A DNA stretch of 64,000 nt. It comes from Camelus ferus. Its lineage: Eukaryota. Each line of letters starts with the position of its first letter. The stretch's first letter is position 1. Of this stretch, positions 23,763 to 37,030 are shown one piece after another. Position numbers and translations under genes: made by a program. The notes under the pieces were generated by a model. It made no database searches. It was not told where the DNA came from and saw only the letters and a program-made list of their open reading frames with translations. The DNA lies in NCBI RefSeq assembly GCF_009834535.1, contig NC_045697.1, forward strand, positions 54,686,001 through 54,750,000, read 5' to 3'.

Positions 23763-24275
23763 TATGCTGGATGTCATTTCCAACCCCTTTCAACTATCTG
23801 TGAGGGGCTGGAAAGCCTAAAACCACATCTCCCAGCCCACTTTGCTTCTAGGGTTCTTGATGTGTGAGATGCCACTAATATGGGCTGTGGATATGGGACA
23901 GATGCCTGTTTCCTGGTGCTGTTTGTGGAGGCAGACGAGATTGTGGAGCCATGAGGCAGTAATGGCAGCCAGACTTAGGGCTCTAATTGTCATTCACCAG
24001 CTCATGGATGTCTAAAGGCAGGGACAGGGGCAAGGTGGCTGGATTTAAGTTCAGAGCTGAATCAGCAGCTTCCTGAGTGTCATCAGGTAGTGGTAGAAGC
24101 AGCTGCAGTTTCCTGGTTCTGGATTGCAGCTTTAGAAGTAAGCACTTGAATTCAATCATTCCTATACTCACATCCCTTCAGCCCTTCTAAAGATTTTGTG
24201 GGCATCCAATTCTTTACATTAAGTTCCCTTCTGCTTAAAATGCCCAGGCTAGTTCAATTTTATGTATAGAAATTA
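23763..24275 (+). mobile_element. 3' LTR of ancient ERVL provirus
   Basis: Follows the purine tract; ggaaagcctaaaaccacatctcccag...ctagggttcttga and ttaagttccc match the 5' LTR in order. Confidence 0.7.
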
Positions 24276-24569
24276 GTGTCTTTGAAGGTTTTTCTGGGTC
24301 TTTACTATTGTCTGCATCTTAAGCTTTCAGAGATTCTGGGAAGGCTTTTAGCGCCTTGACTTTCCCCTACTGTATCCCAGCAAAACCCAACATGAAACAA
24401 ACAAAAGGAATTGAAAAAGAGGCCCAAACTACCTTTATTCTGTTTTCTGATGCGATAAGTGAGTCAGTTTCCATTAGACTAAAACTTCTTCTTCTTCTTC
24501 TTTTTTTTTTTTTAAATTTCAAGATTAAGTCTGAGGTAGCAAAGTATAGAGGGAAGGATAATGGCTGTA

Positions 24570-24990
24570 AAATCTAACACTTACTGAATACTTATTATGG
24601 TCTAGGCATTATACTAAGCATTTTACATGCATTAGTTAATAATCACAGCAGTTCAATAAGGTAGGATTTTGAAATATTTTTTGTATAGGGGAAGAAACTG
24701 AAGCTAAGAGATTTGGGTGACTGGCTTGGGATCACAATTATTTGAGTGGTGCCAGGTCTCACATCTAGAGAGTGCAATTCCAGAACCCACAATCTAACCA
24801 CAATACTGTGCTGCCTTAAAACCTGAAAATGGGAGCTCCATTCCCATTTAGCAAATTACTCATCTACTCTTTGCTAAGTCTCTCACCTGTACAGCCGAGA
24901 TTCTAATATCCTCCCTGAGTTGTGGTAAGAATCCAATCAACTGAAATAAGTGAAAACAGCCTGTATGTAAGAGAAGTTATAATAGTGTTG
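24570..24990. mobile_element. Two MIR fragments (24570-24820 minus; ~24830-24990 plus)
   Basis: aacacttactgaatacttatt...gaagaaactgaagctaagag; ctcacctgtac...gagttgtggtaagaatc. Confidence 0.6.
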
Positions 24991-25314
24991 ATATTTTGGA
25001 TAGAACTAATAAGTTTATATCAGATATTTTTTCCCCAAACAAACAAGAAATGTGGAGATATATTAGAGGATACTGAGAAGCTTGTAAGTGGGAGGGATCA
25101 ATTTCTTAAAAGAGGAACCCAGTTTGTGAATATAGAGGCTCAGGATAGTAAAGGCTTTAATCTACTTGACAATTTTGGCTACTGCTGCTCCTGAATGTTT
25201 ATAAAAAGTAGGATAATTGGGGCCTACTACATTTGCCCTTTCTGTCTCCCTTCTGTTTTCTGAGTAGGGGTTCAGCTGATAGATCTGTACCCAGCTTAGA
25301 ATTATACTCCTTTG

Positions 25315-25915
25315 GTGCAAGTCTGTTTGGGTTCATCTTATTTGGGACCCTCTGTGCTTCCTGTACCTGAATATCTGTTTCCTTCTTTAGGTTTGGGTAG
25401 TTTTCAGCTGTAATTTCTTCAAATGAATAAATTTTAAATCCCCTTTTCTCTTTGTGTGCGCGCGCGCGCGCGCGTGTGTAATGGAGTACTACTCAGCCAT
25501 AAAAAAGAACGAAATAATGCCATTTGCAGCAACATAGATGGATCTAGATGTCATACTAAGTGAAGTAAGTCAGACAAAGACAAATATACCTTATCACTTA
25601 CATGTGGAATCTAAAAAAGTGACACAAATGAGCCTATTTACAACAGAAACAGACTCACAGACATAGAAAACAAACTTATTATTACCAAAGGGGAAGGCAG
25701 AGGAGGGATAAATTAGAAGTTTAAGATTAACAAATACAAACTATCATATACAAAATAAGTAAACAGCAAGGTTGTACAATACCGCACAAGGAACTATATT
25801 CAATAGCTTGTAGTAACCAATAATGAAAAAGGTTTTACATATATATATATATATCTGAATCACTATGCTGTACACCAAAAACTAACACAAAATTGTAAAT
25901 CAACTATACTTCAAA
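25315..25915 (+). mobile_element. L1 insertion: inverted ORF1-region piece (25315-25452) + (TG)(CG)8(TG) junction + sense 3' end (25480-25915)
   Basis: 25315-25452 is the reverse complement of the region ~32430-32570 in the full-length L1; TSD agaattatactcctttg / agaattagcattcctttg at a TT/AGAA site. Confidence 0.85.
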
Positions 25916-26821
25916 AGAATTAGCATTCCTTTGAGCCAGGTTTTTGTTGGCATCAGATGACTGAGACTTCTATAGGCTTTGCTGAGAGATAAATGTGCCC
26001 CTATAGCATTTCACCCCGTTCTGTCCACATTCCTTTATTCTGCCTACTCACGTGACCTCTACTCCTCATTTATTCTCTCATTTAATATTATGTTTTGTTA
26101 TATCTCCTTAAAGATGTTCGTTTTAAAAAATATTTTTGTTTTTGAATAAATTTACCCCTGTAATTCAAATTGTAAATGCAAAAGTGGTTAATGTGATTAA
26201 AAAAAAATCCTTTTGGTCTCCTGTACATAGAATGCTTTTAAATTATTTTGAACCCTTGACAAAATGAGTCGTGGAGGCAGTTCTGTTGTAGTAGGTTAAA
26301 TGTTTAGCATTGTCTGCCATATGCTTCTTTTCTGTGAAGTGTGGTGTTTGTGTTTCTGGAATGGTTAATGGATCAAATTCATGTCTTTTGAGCTTATACT
26401 GGAGAATGGTGTAGTTCATAGGTTTCTGGAAAACAGAAGTTTCTGAGGCTTCAATTGTCTAACATGACAATCTGTGTGATGCCAAAATTCAGTTAGGAAA
26501 GGTTTATGGCAGATCTGTTTTGCAGTCATATTACAGGTTTGGCAACTGAAATCATGAATTCTTTAAAAAGAAAAGCCCAAAACACAAAAAATAACAACAA
26601 AAACTGCATGTGCCATCTCAATTTGTGTTTTTGGCACTCATACCCCTAATTTCTATTTATTGTCTTAATGGAGTTGCTGTTCTCATTGATTTTTTTTTCT
26701 TTCAGTTTAGCCCTTTAATGCAAACTGGCTGCAGTAAAAATTTGTCAGAAATCAGTTCATTTTTGATTACTTCTTGGCATGACAATGGACAGAATAAAGC
26801 CACAAAGATAAAAGAGTGTGT

Positions 26822-26963
26822 TTTACATAAGCGGGCTACTTATCTTTAAATTTTGGAGGCACTTATTGTCACTCTTCTGAGTGTTAACCTTGTCTGTAAA
26901 ATCAAAGGATATTTGAGAAATTGAAATGAAGAAAGAATAGGATAAGGTACTTTTTAATTAAGT
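26822..26963 (+). repeat. 142-bp direct repeat, donor copy (identical to 27926-28067)
   Basis: Base-for-base identity read by eye, offset 1104 bp. Confidence 0.95.
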
Positions 26964-27639
26964 TTTTTCTTTAACGTGTGGTTATATCTAATCTTATCTG
27001 AACCATGATCCAATGGATAAGTTTATATGGAATCAGAGCCATTTTCATATTTTGTATGGGGAAAAGCACTTATATCCTTCAATGGAAAAGGTCATTTGTA
27101 TTAGTTAGAAGCCTTGGGAGAACCACTTGATGAGTGTAAATGATACCCTTCAGCTTCTAAATAATGGAGTATAAGTTCAATCTTCATTGGATGGGTAGGT
27201 AAAATGGCAGCATACAGGATGAAAGAAGATAATTTTTCTTTTTATATGAAATACCTTGGAGCAGAAGCCTGGGAGTAAAAGAGGTAGAGCATTGAATTAA
27301 ATTGGGGTGAGGTGATTGGAAAGTAGGTAAACAGGAGGATAGGATAGATCATGATCAATTGATGGGTAAAGATGGAAACAAAGCAGTAGAGTAAAATTAC
27401 TAGAATGCTATGGGAATTTTCTCTCTTTGTAAAACAAGAATAGCTAATTCCTGTAGCACCTCATGTCTGGTTTATTGCAGTGGTCTTTGCCCCAACATTT
27501 CCCAGAGATGTGTCAAACACTAAACCCTTGTGTCTTCATGAACTTCAGGGACAAGTATCAGGTTCTCTAAGAGATGCTCAGAGGCCTTTCTCCATTTCCA
27601 CACAGGGCTGAAGAATGATGGAGAGTAAATGCCACAGCA

Positions 27640-28200
27640 TTTTAAAAAATTAACTTATTTAAACTAACCTCCCCCACAGGAAGAGTTTACTCATTTCTCT
27701 CACGTTGTCTCCTATACCCCCACCTCTGGCAACCACCAATCTGTTTTCTGTATTGATGACATTAGTTGGTTGGTTGGTTTATTGATTGATTTTTCACATG
27801 AAAGAGAGACTATACAGTATTTATCTTTCTATGTCTGACTTTTTCCATTTAGTATAATGCCCTTGAAGTCCATGCATGTTGACACAAATGGCAAGATTTC
27901 ATTCTTTTTTTACAGCTAAATAATATTTACATAAGCGGGCTACTTATCTTTAAATTTTGGAGGCACTTATTGTCACTCTTCTGAGTGTTAACCTTGTCTG
28001 TAAAATCAAAGGATATTTGAGAAATTGAAATGAAGAAAGAATAGGATAAGGTACTTTTTAATTAAGTATGTGTACACTATGTACACATACACACACACAC
28101 ACACAATTTCTTTATCCATTCATTCATCAGTGGAAACAGATTATTTCCGTATCTTGGCTAATATAAATAATGCTGCAATGAACATGGGGATACAAAGAAT
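27640..28200 (-). mobile_element. L1 3'UTR fragment carrying the 142-bp insert
   Basis: cctctggcaaccaccaatctg...atacagtatttatctttc...aaataatgctgcaatgaacatgggg. Confidence 0.85.
27926..28067 (+). repeat. 142-bp direct repeat, inserted copy
   Basis: Identical to 26822-26963; interrupts L1 homology. Confidence 0.95.
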
Positions 28201-29489
28201 TTCTATTTTTTCAAGGAAATTTTCTTTTTTTCTTGCTTTAATTTAAATTCTTTCTATACATTTTTAGTCAATTAAAGCACTAAGGTTTAAAAAATTGTTT
28301 TTTAACTATCTCTTACAATTTTCATGTCGCTGATCTACTAGCTTCTGATTTGGAATGTGAGAGTACTCTACTGTTTTGTTCTAGATCTTTTGGGTCTCAG
28401 ATAAAATGGAGGTAGAAAAATGCCCACTTTAATGTCCAGTTTTACCAGTACTTACATTTCTTTGACTTTTTTTCCTAGTTGTTTTAAAGAATATATTTTC
28501 TTACCTGAAAGTCAACTATAATTCATTAAAATCAAGGACCATGTTGTTAATTATTTTCTTTTATAAACCAAAGTGTTCCTCCTATCTCACTTCACCTTTC
28601 ATTCTGAGTTGTCACTTAATTCTAAATAAATAACTTGTAGTTGATTAATTTTGGAATTAAGTTACCAGTTGACAACCCTGCCTGTAGTTATTATACTGAT
28701 ATAGGGAAAAGGAATCGATGTGTATGTTTATTGTTGGAGGGCCAACAAAGATCCACTTGGCAATAGAAAAATGAGTGAGGATAGGAACAGAGTAGGCATC
28801 GAATTTAGCACATTTTTTGGTTTTTATCTTTTCATATACTATGTTTTTATGTTTTTTTCCTTTTTTAAAAAATTATAAGTCATTCAACTAATCCAGATTT
28901 GTTCTTTGCTATTAGTCCTTTTTTAGCTGTCTTTGCTTTGTTTTTCTACTTGGATTAATTCTTGATTATTTGGGTCAGATTATTTCTTCCGTTATTTGCA
29001 ATTAACTCCTCTTTGCTGATAATTCTTTGTACTTACTTTTATATACAAATTGAGCTTAGAATAAGAGACCAATTGAACATGTTTCATTTAAGAGCCTCAA
29101 ATGTGCTTAACTTTGGTTTTATCAGTATTTTATAGACTGTATCTGTGTTCGGTTTTTATGATTTGTTTTGGGAAAACTTCCTATGTTTGAACAAAGTCTC
29201 AATGTGCTGTTTTAGCAAAATATTTTTTTGTATAAAATAAAACATGCTTATTGTAGAGAATATAGGAAATATAAAGGAGAAAATAAATCAACTGTCATTT
29301 GATCACACAGAGATAACTAATTATTATCATTTTGGTGTGTTTTCCACCAGTCATTTTTTATCTTCATGTTTAACAAGAGTTTATAGTGTATGCCCTGACT
29401 CATTTTTGTTTTATTTCATTTTGTAGACCACAGATCTGTTAAATGTGATGATTATAGACAACTTTGTTTGACTTTGTAGTTTAATAGGA

Positions 29490-29897
29490 ATGCCTTTTCC
29501 TAGTGCTCGGTGGAATATTAATAGGCAATTTTTAAAAATTGAAGTATAGTTGATTTACAATGTTGTGTTAGTTTCTGGTGTACAACATAGTGATTCAGTT
29601 ATATATATATTCTTTTTCATATTCCCATGCCTGAGGCAGGGCTGAGGGCAGCGTAACCTATGATGAATAGGTGATATTTTTGACAAGTGTTTTGTGGTCA
29701 AGTAAGTTAGAGAAGCCCAAGATTAAATAAAGTTTATTTTTCTTTAACTTCAGGGATTCTCAGGGCCTTAAATATGCTTATATATTGTGACACGTGGAAG
29801 GAGGGTTCATAGCATTCCAGTTCTCAAACTTACAAGAATGCAGAATTCTTCATATTTTTCAAAGGAGTATTATATGAAATAAACTTGGGGAAATATG
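29490..29897. mobile_element. hAT-Charlie MITE (MER103-like) containing a tiny minus-strand L1 3' end (~29527-29625)
   Basis: gtggtcaagtaagtt...ttctcagggccttaaatatgct...; L1 tail ttgaagtatagttgatttacaatgttgtgttagtttc. Confidence 0.6.
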
Positions 29898-32009
29898 TCT
29901 CTTGGGTCTTACTTTGAAGTATGATGTTCCTTTTGGATTTATACAGATAGTATATTATAATAATAATAATTTATACAGATAGTATATTATAATAATAATA
30001 ATAACAAAGACTACTATTTCTAGTTCATGAAGTTGCTTTAAATTTTTAAAATCAAGAATTAATATTGAATTTTATTAAGTGCTTTTTTTTGGACATCTAT
30101 TTCAGTGATTATATATATGTTTTTTTCTACTTTGATATAGATGGTATATTAATAGAGCCCCCAAATAAGACCAAATTTATTTTACTAGCTTATGTTTTTT
30201 AAACGTTAGTTTTTGTGTATATAAACTAAAGATAGTAATGATACCTCCCTCAAAGAGATGTTAAAGTTAAATAAGGATATGTGTGTAATGTGCTTAGCAA
30301 CCATTTCTAGAAAATAGTAAGCTTTTACTATAATGAAAATTGCTTTGGCTATAAACCTATAAGCAATGATTAATAATTCTCTTAATTTTTTTCTAAGAAT
30401 GTGTAATTGTTTTAATTTACTCTTTAAATAAATAGCTATATAGGTAGAAGTTTTACATTTTCATTTTTATTAGTTAAAAATAAATTATTAATTTCCTGCT
30501 CTATGAGACTATGACCAGGGCTGTGTTTTGAATAGTATTTGCTTCAAGAATTTGAGATTTCTCTATTATAGGAATGATACATTATCAGGTTTTTTTTTTT
30601 TTTTAAAGTCATTGTTCCAAATACATTTGGAAAGATATTTTCTTTTGTAGGCTACAGAGTTTAATCTATATCTGTGGATTTAAAATTATTAGTTGAGGCT
30701 AGGTCAAGATGGTGGAGAAGGAGGACATGGAACTCACTTCCCAGCATGAACACATTAAAGAAACATCTACATAGAGAACAGTGCTCACTGAAAAATAACT
30801 GGAAACGTGCAGAAGTTTCCTATACAACCAAGGCTATAGGAAAGGCGAACGTCCAATCTGTAATTGAGTAGAAGGGAAGAAAAGCAATCAGTTCAAGACC
30901 TGTGCCCTTAGGAGGTGGCTCAGAGCAAAAGGGAGAATAAGTGTGCAGAGATCTGCCCTGGGGAATAAGTACAAAGAGCCACAGACTGAACACTCCAGTC
31001 CTGGGGATCTACACAGGGAAGACAAGCCCTGGTGGCTGGTTGGAGGATCACTGGGACTAACAGCAGGGCTGTGGGAAGCCTGGGCTCCTTTCATGAGGAG
31101 TTCCTCCATGCTGGCTTGCCCCTGAGGTAGAGTGGAGAGGGTGGATTGCAATCACACGGCCGACTCTTGTTTCTGTGACTGCCTTGGTGCATGCCTCATC
31201 CTGAGTCGAGTGAGCACTCCAGTCCTGCTTACTCCATATCACAGTGTGGCACTGCATCTAGGGCTGCCATGACCAGGGAGAGGATTTGGCCATGGGACAC
31301 AGAGGCGACCTGCTCCCAGGGTGGAACCTGGTTGGGGCAGTGGTGGCCATCGTTGGTGCTTACTCAAGGAGCGTATCAGAAGCAGCCCAGAACTCTGGTG
31401 GTGGCCATTCCACCACAGCTCATGCCCCCAACATATACTGAGAATCCAAATGTGTTCCACAACAGAGTAGGAGTGAAAGAGGCTGTGAGGGGCAAAGGGA
31501 ATTTGAACCCTTGGCTGTGTCTGAACAGAGAGAGGGAAACAACTGCTGGTGCTTTCATGGGCAGTGTATTGGAGACAGCACAGACCTCTCTCTGCAGCCA
31601 ACATGGGCAGAGAACCCATGTGGGCCCCCCTTGCTTAGGTACTCTCCCTTCTGGGACAAAGGTCCTAGTGCTGGGAGAGGGGAAAGTGCACACTTAAAGG
31701 AAACACATCCAACTTAGGCATGACCCTCAGGACTTCTGCTCCAGCAACTTAGGATCAGATAAGGCAGTGAAAGCCACTGAGCAGAGGCTAAGTCCTGCCT
31801 CACATCCAGCTCCAGCTCTAGCCCCTCTATCTCCAGCTCTTCCCCCACCAACATGATAGCTGCCAGCACACCCTGAGGAAAGATGTGACTTGCATATATG
31901 TCAAATCCAGCTCTTGTACCAAATGCATTGAACACATGCAGTCTGTATAGAAATGCTCCCACATAAGAACACCCCTTCAAGACCACAATAGGTAACTATT
32001 TCACCTAAA

Positions 32010-32880
32010 TTCATAAAGGGAGAGGAACTGGTCTTAATTGAAAGAGCAAGAGAAATCCCCTGAAAAAATAAATAATGAAATTGAACAGAAATAAACAATT
32101 TACCAGATAGAGAATTCAAAGCACTTGTAATAAAAACGTTAAGTGAATTAAGGAAAATAATAGATGAACACAGTGAAAATTTTAACAAGGAACCAGAAAA
32201 TGTAAAAGGTCCAATGAGAAATGAAGAATTCAATGACTAAAATAAAAAATAACTAGGAGGATAGTAGACTAAGTGATATGGAGCACATAAATGACCTGGT
32301 GGATAGAATGGAAACCATCAACTCAGAACAACAAAAAGAAAAACAAATTAGCAAAAATGAAAACAGTTTAAGAGATATCTGGGATAACAGTAGTATACCA
32401 ACATTCACATTATAGGGGCCCCAAAAGGAAAAGAGAGAGAGAAAAGGATAGAAACTGTATTTGAGGAAACTATGGCTGAAAAGTTCCCAAACCAGAAGGA
32501 ACAGATATTCAGATACAAGAAGCACGAAGGGTCCCAAATAAGATGAACCCAAACAGTCCCACATCAAGACATATAATAAAATGGCAAAAGTTAAAGAGAT
32601 AATTCTAAAGGCAGCAAGAGAAAAACAAAGAGTCATATACAAAGGAATTTCCAGAAAACTATCAGCTGAATTTCCACAGAAACTTTGCAGGCCAGAAGGA
32701 AGTAACATGATACATTACAAGTCCTGAAAGAGAAAACCCTGCAACCTAGTATACTCCACCTAGAAAGATTATCATTTAGAATCGAAGGAGAGATAAAGAT
32801 CTTCTCAGACATACAAAAACTAAAGAGTTGGTTAGTATTGAACCTACTCTAAAAGAAATGTTAAAGGGTCTTCTCTATGT
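32010..32880 (+). pseudogene. L1 ORF1p remnant (frameshifted)
   Basis: LPDREFKALVIK, NIHIIGAPKG, ILKAAREKQRV, LSAEFPQKL fragments in shifting frames. Confidence 0.85.
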
Positions 32881-33333
32881 AGAAAAAGAAATAAGAATCT
32901 ATAGGAAAAGGAAAGTCTTAGTAGTAAAGGCAAATATATAGTAAGGATCAAGGATCAGCCAATTAATAAGCCAGTATAAAGATTAAAAAATAACAAATTG
33001 TAAAAGCATCTATAACTATGATAAACAGTGAAAGGATAAACATGAAGATGTAAAATATGACATCAAAAACACAAAATGTGAGGGAAAGGAGTGAAAAATT
33101 GTACATCTTTTAGAATATGTTTGAATTTAAATGACTACCAGTTAAAATCAAGTAGATACAGTTATAGGTTAACATAACACCCCAGGGTAACCACAAATCA
33201 AATACCTATAATACATACAAACACAAAACTGGAACATAAGCATTTGAAGAAAATCATCAAACCATAAGGGAAGAAACAAAAAGAAGAAATGAACTAACGA
33301 AAACCACAAAAACAACTGGAAAACAAGTAATAA

Positions 33334-36300
33334 ATGTCAATAAGTACATACCTATCAATAATTAAATTTCAATTGACTAAATGCTCCAATCAAAAGACAT
33401 AGGGTGGCACATCTATATGCTACTTACAAGAGACTCATTTCAGAGCTAAAGACACACACAGGCTGAAAGTGAGGAAATGGAAAAATATCTCATGCAAAAG
33501 GAAATGACAAGAAAATAGGAGTAGAAATATTCATATCAGACAAAATAGACTTTAAAACAAAGGCTACAACAAAAGACAAAGTAGAGCATTGTACAATGAT
33601 AAAAAAATCAATACAAGAAGGGAATATTATGCTTGTTAACATATATGAACCCAATACAGGAGCACCTAAATATAGAAAGCAAATACTAGTAGAGATAAAG
33701 GGAGAAATTGACAATAATACAATAAGAGTAGGAGGCCTTAACATCCCACTGACATCAATGGCCAGATCATACCAGAAAATCAGTGAGGCAAAAGTGGTCT
33801 TAAATAACACAACAGACCAGTTGGGCTTAATAGATATCTCTACAGGACATGCCATTCAGAACAACAGAGTACACATTCTTTTCAAGTGCATATGAAACAT
33901 TCTCCAGGATAGCTCACATCCTAGGCCACAAAACAAGTCTCAACAAATTTGAGAGGATAGAAATTGTATCAAGCATTTTCTCTGACCACATGGTTTGAAA
34001 CTAGAAATCAATTACAGAAAGAAAAATGGAAAAAGCAAAAACACATGAAGACTAAACTACATGCTACTAAAAAAAGCAATGGTCATTGAAGAAATCAAAG
34101 AGGAAATTAGAAAATACCTATAGACAGGTGAAAATGGAAACACAACTCTTCAAAATCTATGGGATGCAGCAACAGAAGTTCTAAGAGTGAAATTTATAGT
34201 AATAATGGCCTTCCTCAAGAAACAAGAAAAATCTCAAATAAACAACTTAACCTACCACCTAAAAGAATTAGAAAAAGAAGAACAAACTAAGTCCAAAGCC
34301 AACAAAGAAAGGAAATAATAAAGGTCAGAAAGAAAATATAGACAAAAATTAAAAAAAAGAAAAGATTAATGAAACCAAGATCTGTTTTTTTGAAAAGATA
34401 AAATTGATAAACTTTTAGCCAGCCTCATCACGAAGAAAAGAGAGAGGACCCAAATAAACAAAATAAGAAATGAAAGAGTAGAAATAACAAGTGATATCAC
34501 AGACATATAAAAATTCATGAGAATATTATAAACAGTTACATGACAACAACTGGACAAGTTTCTAAAACATACTAACTCTCAAGACTTGAATCAAGAGGAA
34601 ATAGACAGTCTGACTAGACCAATCACTAGAAATGAAATTTAATATTTCATCAAAAAGCTCTCAGCAAACAAAAGTCCAGACCTGGATGTATTCACAGGGG
34701 AATTCTGCCAAATATATAAGTAAGAGTTAATACCTATCCTTCTCAAATTATTCTGAAAAATTAAAGAGGAGGGAACACTCCCAAATTCATTCTACAAGGC
34801 TACCATTACTCTGGTATCAAAACCAGACAGCGACACTACAAAAATACAAATTACAGGCCAACAACTCTGATGAATATAGATGAAAAAATCCTCAACAAAA
34901 TATTAGCAAACCAAATTCAACACTATTTAAAAAGGATTATACATAATTATTAAGTATGATTTATTCTAGGAACACAAAGATGGCTCAGTATTCACAAGTC
35001 AATCAGTGTGATACACAACATTAACAAAAGGAAGGATAAAAACCACATAATCTTCTCAACAGATGCAAAAAAGCATTTGACAAATTCAACATCCATTCAT
35101 GATAAAAATTCTCAACAAAGTGGGTATAGAAGTAATATATGTCAATGTAACAAAGGCCATTTGTGTGAAACCCACAGCTAATATACTCTGCATTGAAAAG
35201 CTAAAAGCCCTTCCTCTAAATTCAAGAACAAGATAAGGATACCCACTCTCACCACTTCTATTTAACATAGTGTTGGAAGTCCTAGCCACAGCCATCAGAT
35301 AACAAAAAGAAATAAAAGGCATCCAAATTGTAAGTAAAGAAGTAAAACCGTCACAATTTGCAGATGATACCATACTATATATAGAAAACCCTAAAGCCTC
35401 CACCAAAAAACTAGAATAAACGAATTCAGTAAAGTTGCAGAATATAAGATTATATACAGAAATCTGTTTATTTTCTATATACTAATAATAAACTATCAGA
35501 AAGAGAAAGAAAAAAATCTCATTTAATATGCATCAAAAGCATAAAATAGTTAGGAATAAACTTAATCAAAGAAGTGAAAGACCTATAATCTAAAAACTAT
35601 ACAACACTGATAAAGGAAGTTGAAGATAATACAAATACGTGGAAAGATATCCCGTGTTCCTGGATTGGAAGAATTAATATTGTTAAAATGCCCACAGTAT
35701 CCAAAGCAATCTACACATTTAATGCAATCCCTATCAAATTACCCAGAACATTTTTCACAGAACTAGAACAAATTTATATGGAAACCGTAAAAGACCCCAA
35801 ATAGCCAAAGCCATTTTGAGAAAATAGAACAAAGCTGGTGATATTGTGCCCTCAAACTTCTGACTATACTCCAAAGCTACAGAAATCAAAAGAGCATGGT
35901 ATTGGCACAGAAACAGATACATGGATCAATGGAACAGAATAGAGAGCCCTGAAATAAACCTATGCACCTATGATCAATTAATTTAAGACAAAGGAGACAC
36001 AAATACACAATAGAGTAAAAGACTCTTCAACAAGTGGTGCTGGGAAAACTGGACAGATACATGTAAAAGAAAGAGATTAGAACATTTCCTCACACCATAT
36101 ATAAAAATAAACTCAAAATGGATTAAAGACCTAATAGTAAGACTGAAACCATAAAACTTATAGAAAAGAACATAGACACAATACTCTTTGATATAAATCA
36201 TAGCAATATTTTTTTTTGGATCATTCTCCTAAGGCAAAAGAAATAAAAGCAAAAATAAACAATTGGGACCTAAGTAAACTTAAAACTTTTACACAGCAAA

Positions 36301-37030
36301 GGAAACTATGGACAAAATGAAAAGACAACCTACTAAAGAAAATATTTGCAAATGATATGACTCACAAGGGGTTAATCTCCAAAATACATAAACAGCTCAT
36401 ACAACTCAGTATCAAAAAACAAACAAACAAACAAAAAACCCCAAACAACCCAATCAAAAATGTACAGAAAACCTAAATGGATATTTTTGCAAAGAAGACA
36501 TACAGATGGCAAACAGGCATATAAAAAATGCTTATAGCTAATTATTGGAGAAGTTTAAATCATAACCACAATGAGATATCACTCCACACCAGTTATCATC
36601 AAAAAGTCTACAAATAGCAAATGTTGACAGCAATTAGAAGAAAAGGGACCCTTGTACACTCTTAGTGGGAATGTAAATTTGTGCAACCATTATGGAAAAT
36701 GGTAAGAAGGTTCCTCAAAAGACTGGGAATAGAATTATCAGCAATTCTATTTCTGGGTATATATCTGGAAAAAATGAAAACACTGATTTGAAAAGATACA
36801 TGCACCCCAATGTTCATAGCAGCACTATTTACAGTAGCCAAGACGTGAAGCAACTCAAGTGTCCATCAATAGACAAACTGATAAAGAAGTGAAAAATACA
36901 TATAATGGAATATTAATCAGCCATAAAAAGAATGAAATTCTGCCATTTGCAGCAAGTGGATAGACTTAGAAAGCATTATGCTTAATGAAATAAATCAGAC
37001 AGAGAAAGATTAGTACTGTATGATCTAACT
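33334..37030 (+). pseudogene. L1 ORF2p remnant (endonuclease + reverse transcriptase; many stops/frameshifts)
   Basis: EN: NIYEPNTGAPKY, SDH (~33981); [24 protein letters not shown] (~35354); C-terminal HSSTIYSSQ. Confidence 0.92.

Noticed and set aside
25048..25083. 36-nt open segment (KCGDILEDTEKL) followed by gtaagt
   Set aside because: Acceptor is A-rich (aaacaaacaag) and the peptide is unrecognised; too weak to call.
28500..28635. Minus-strand acceptor/donor pair
   Set aside because: Stops in all three frames and opposite to the inferred host direction.
30888..31986. Several 60-168 aa ORFs on both strands
   Set aside because: Lie in the GC-rich L1 5'UTR; no recognisable protein and expected by chance.
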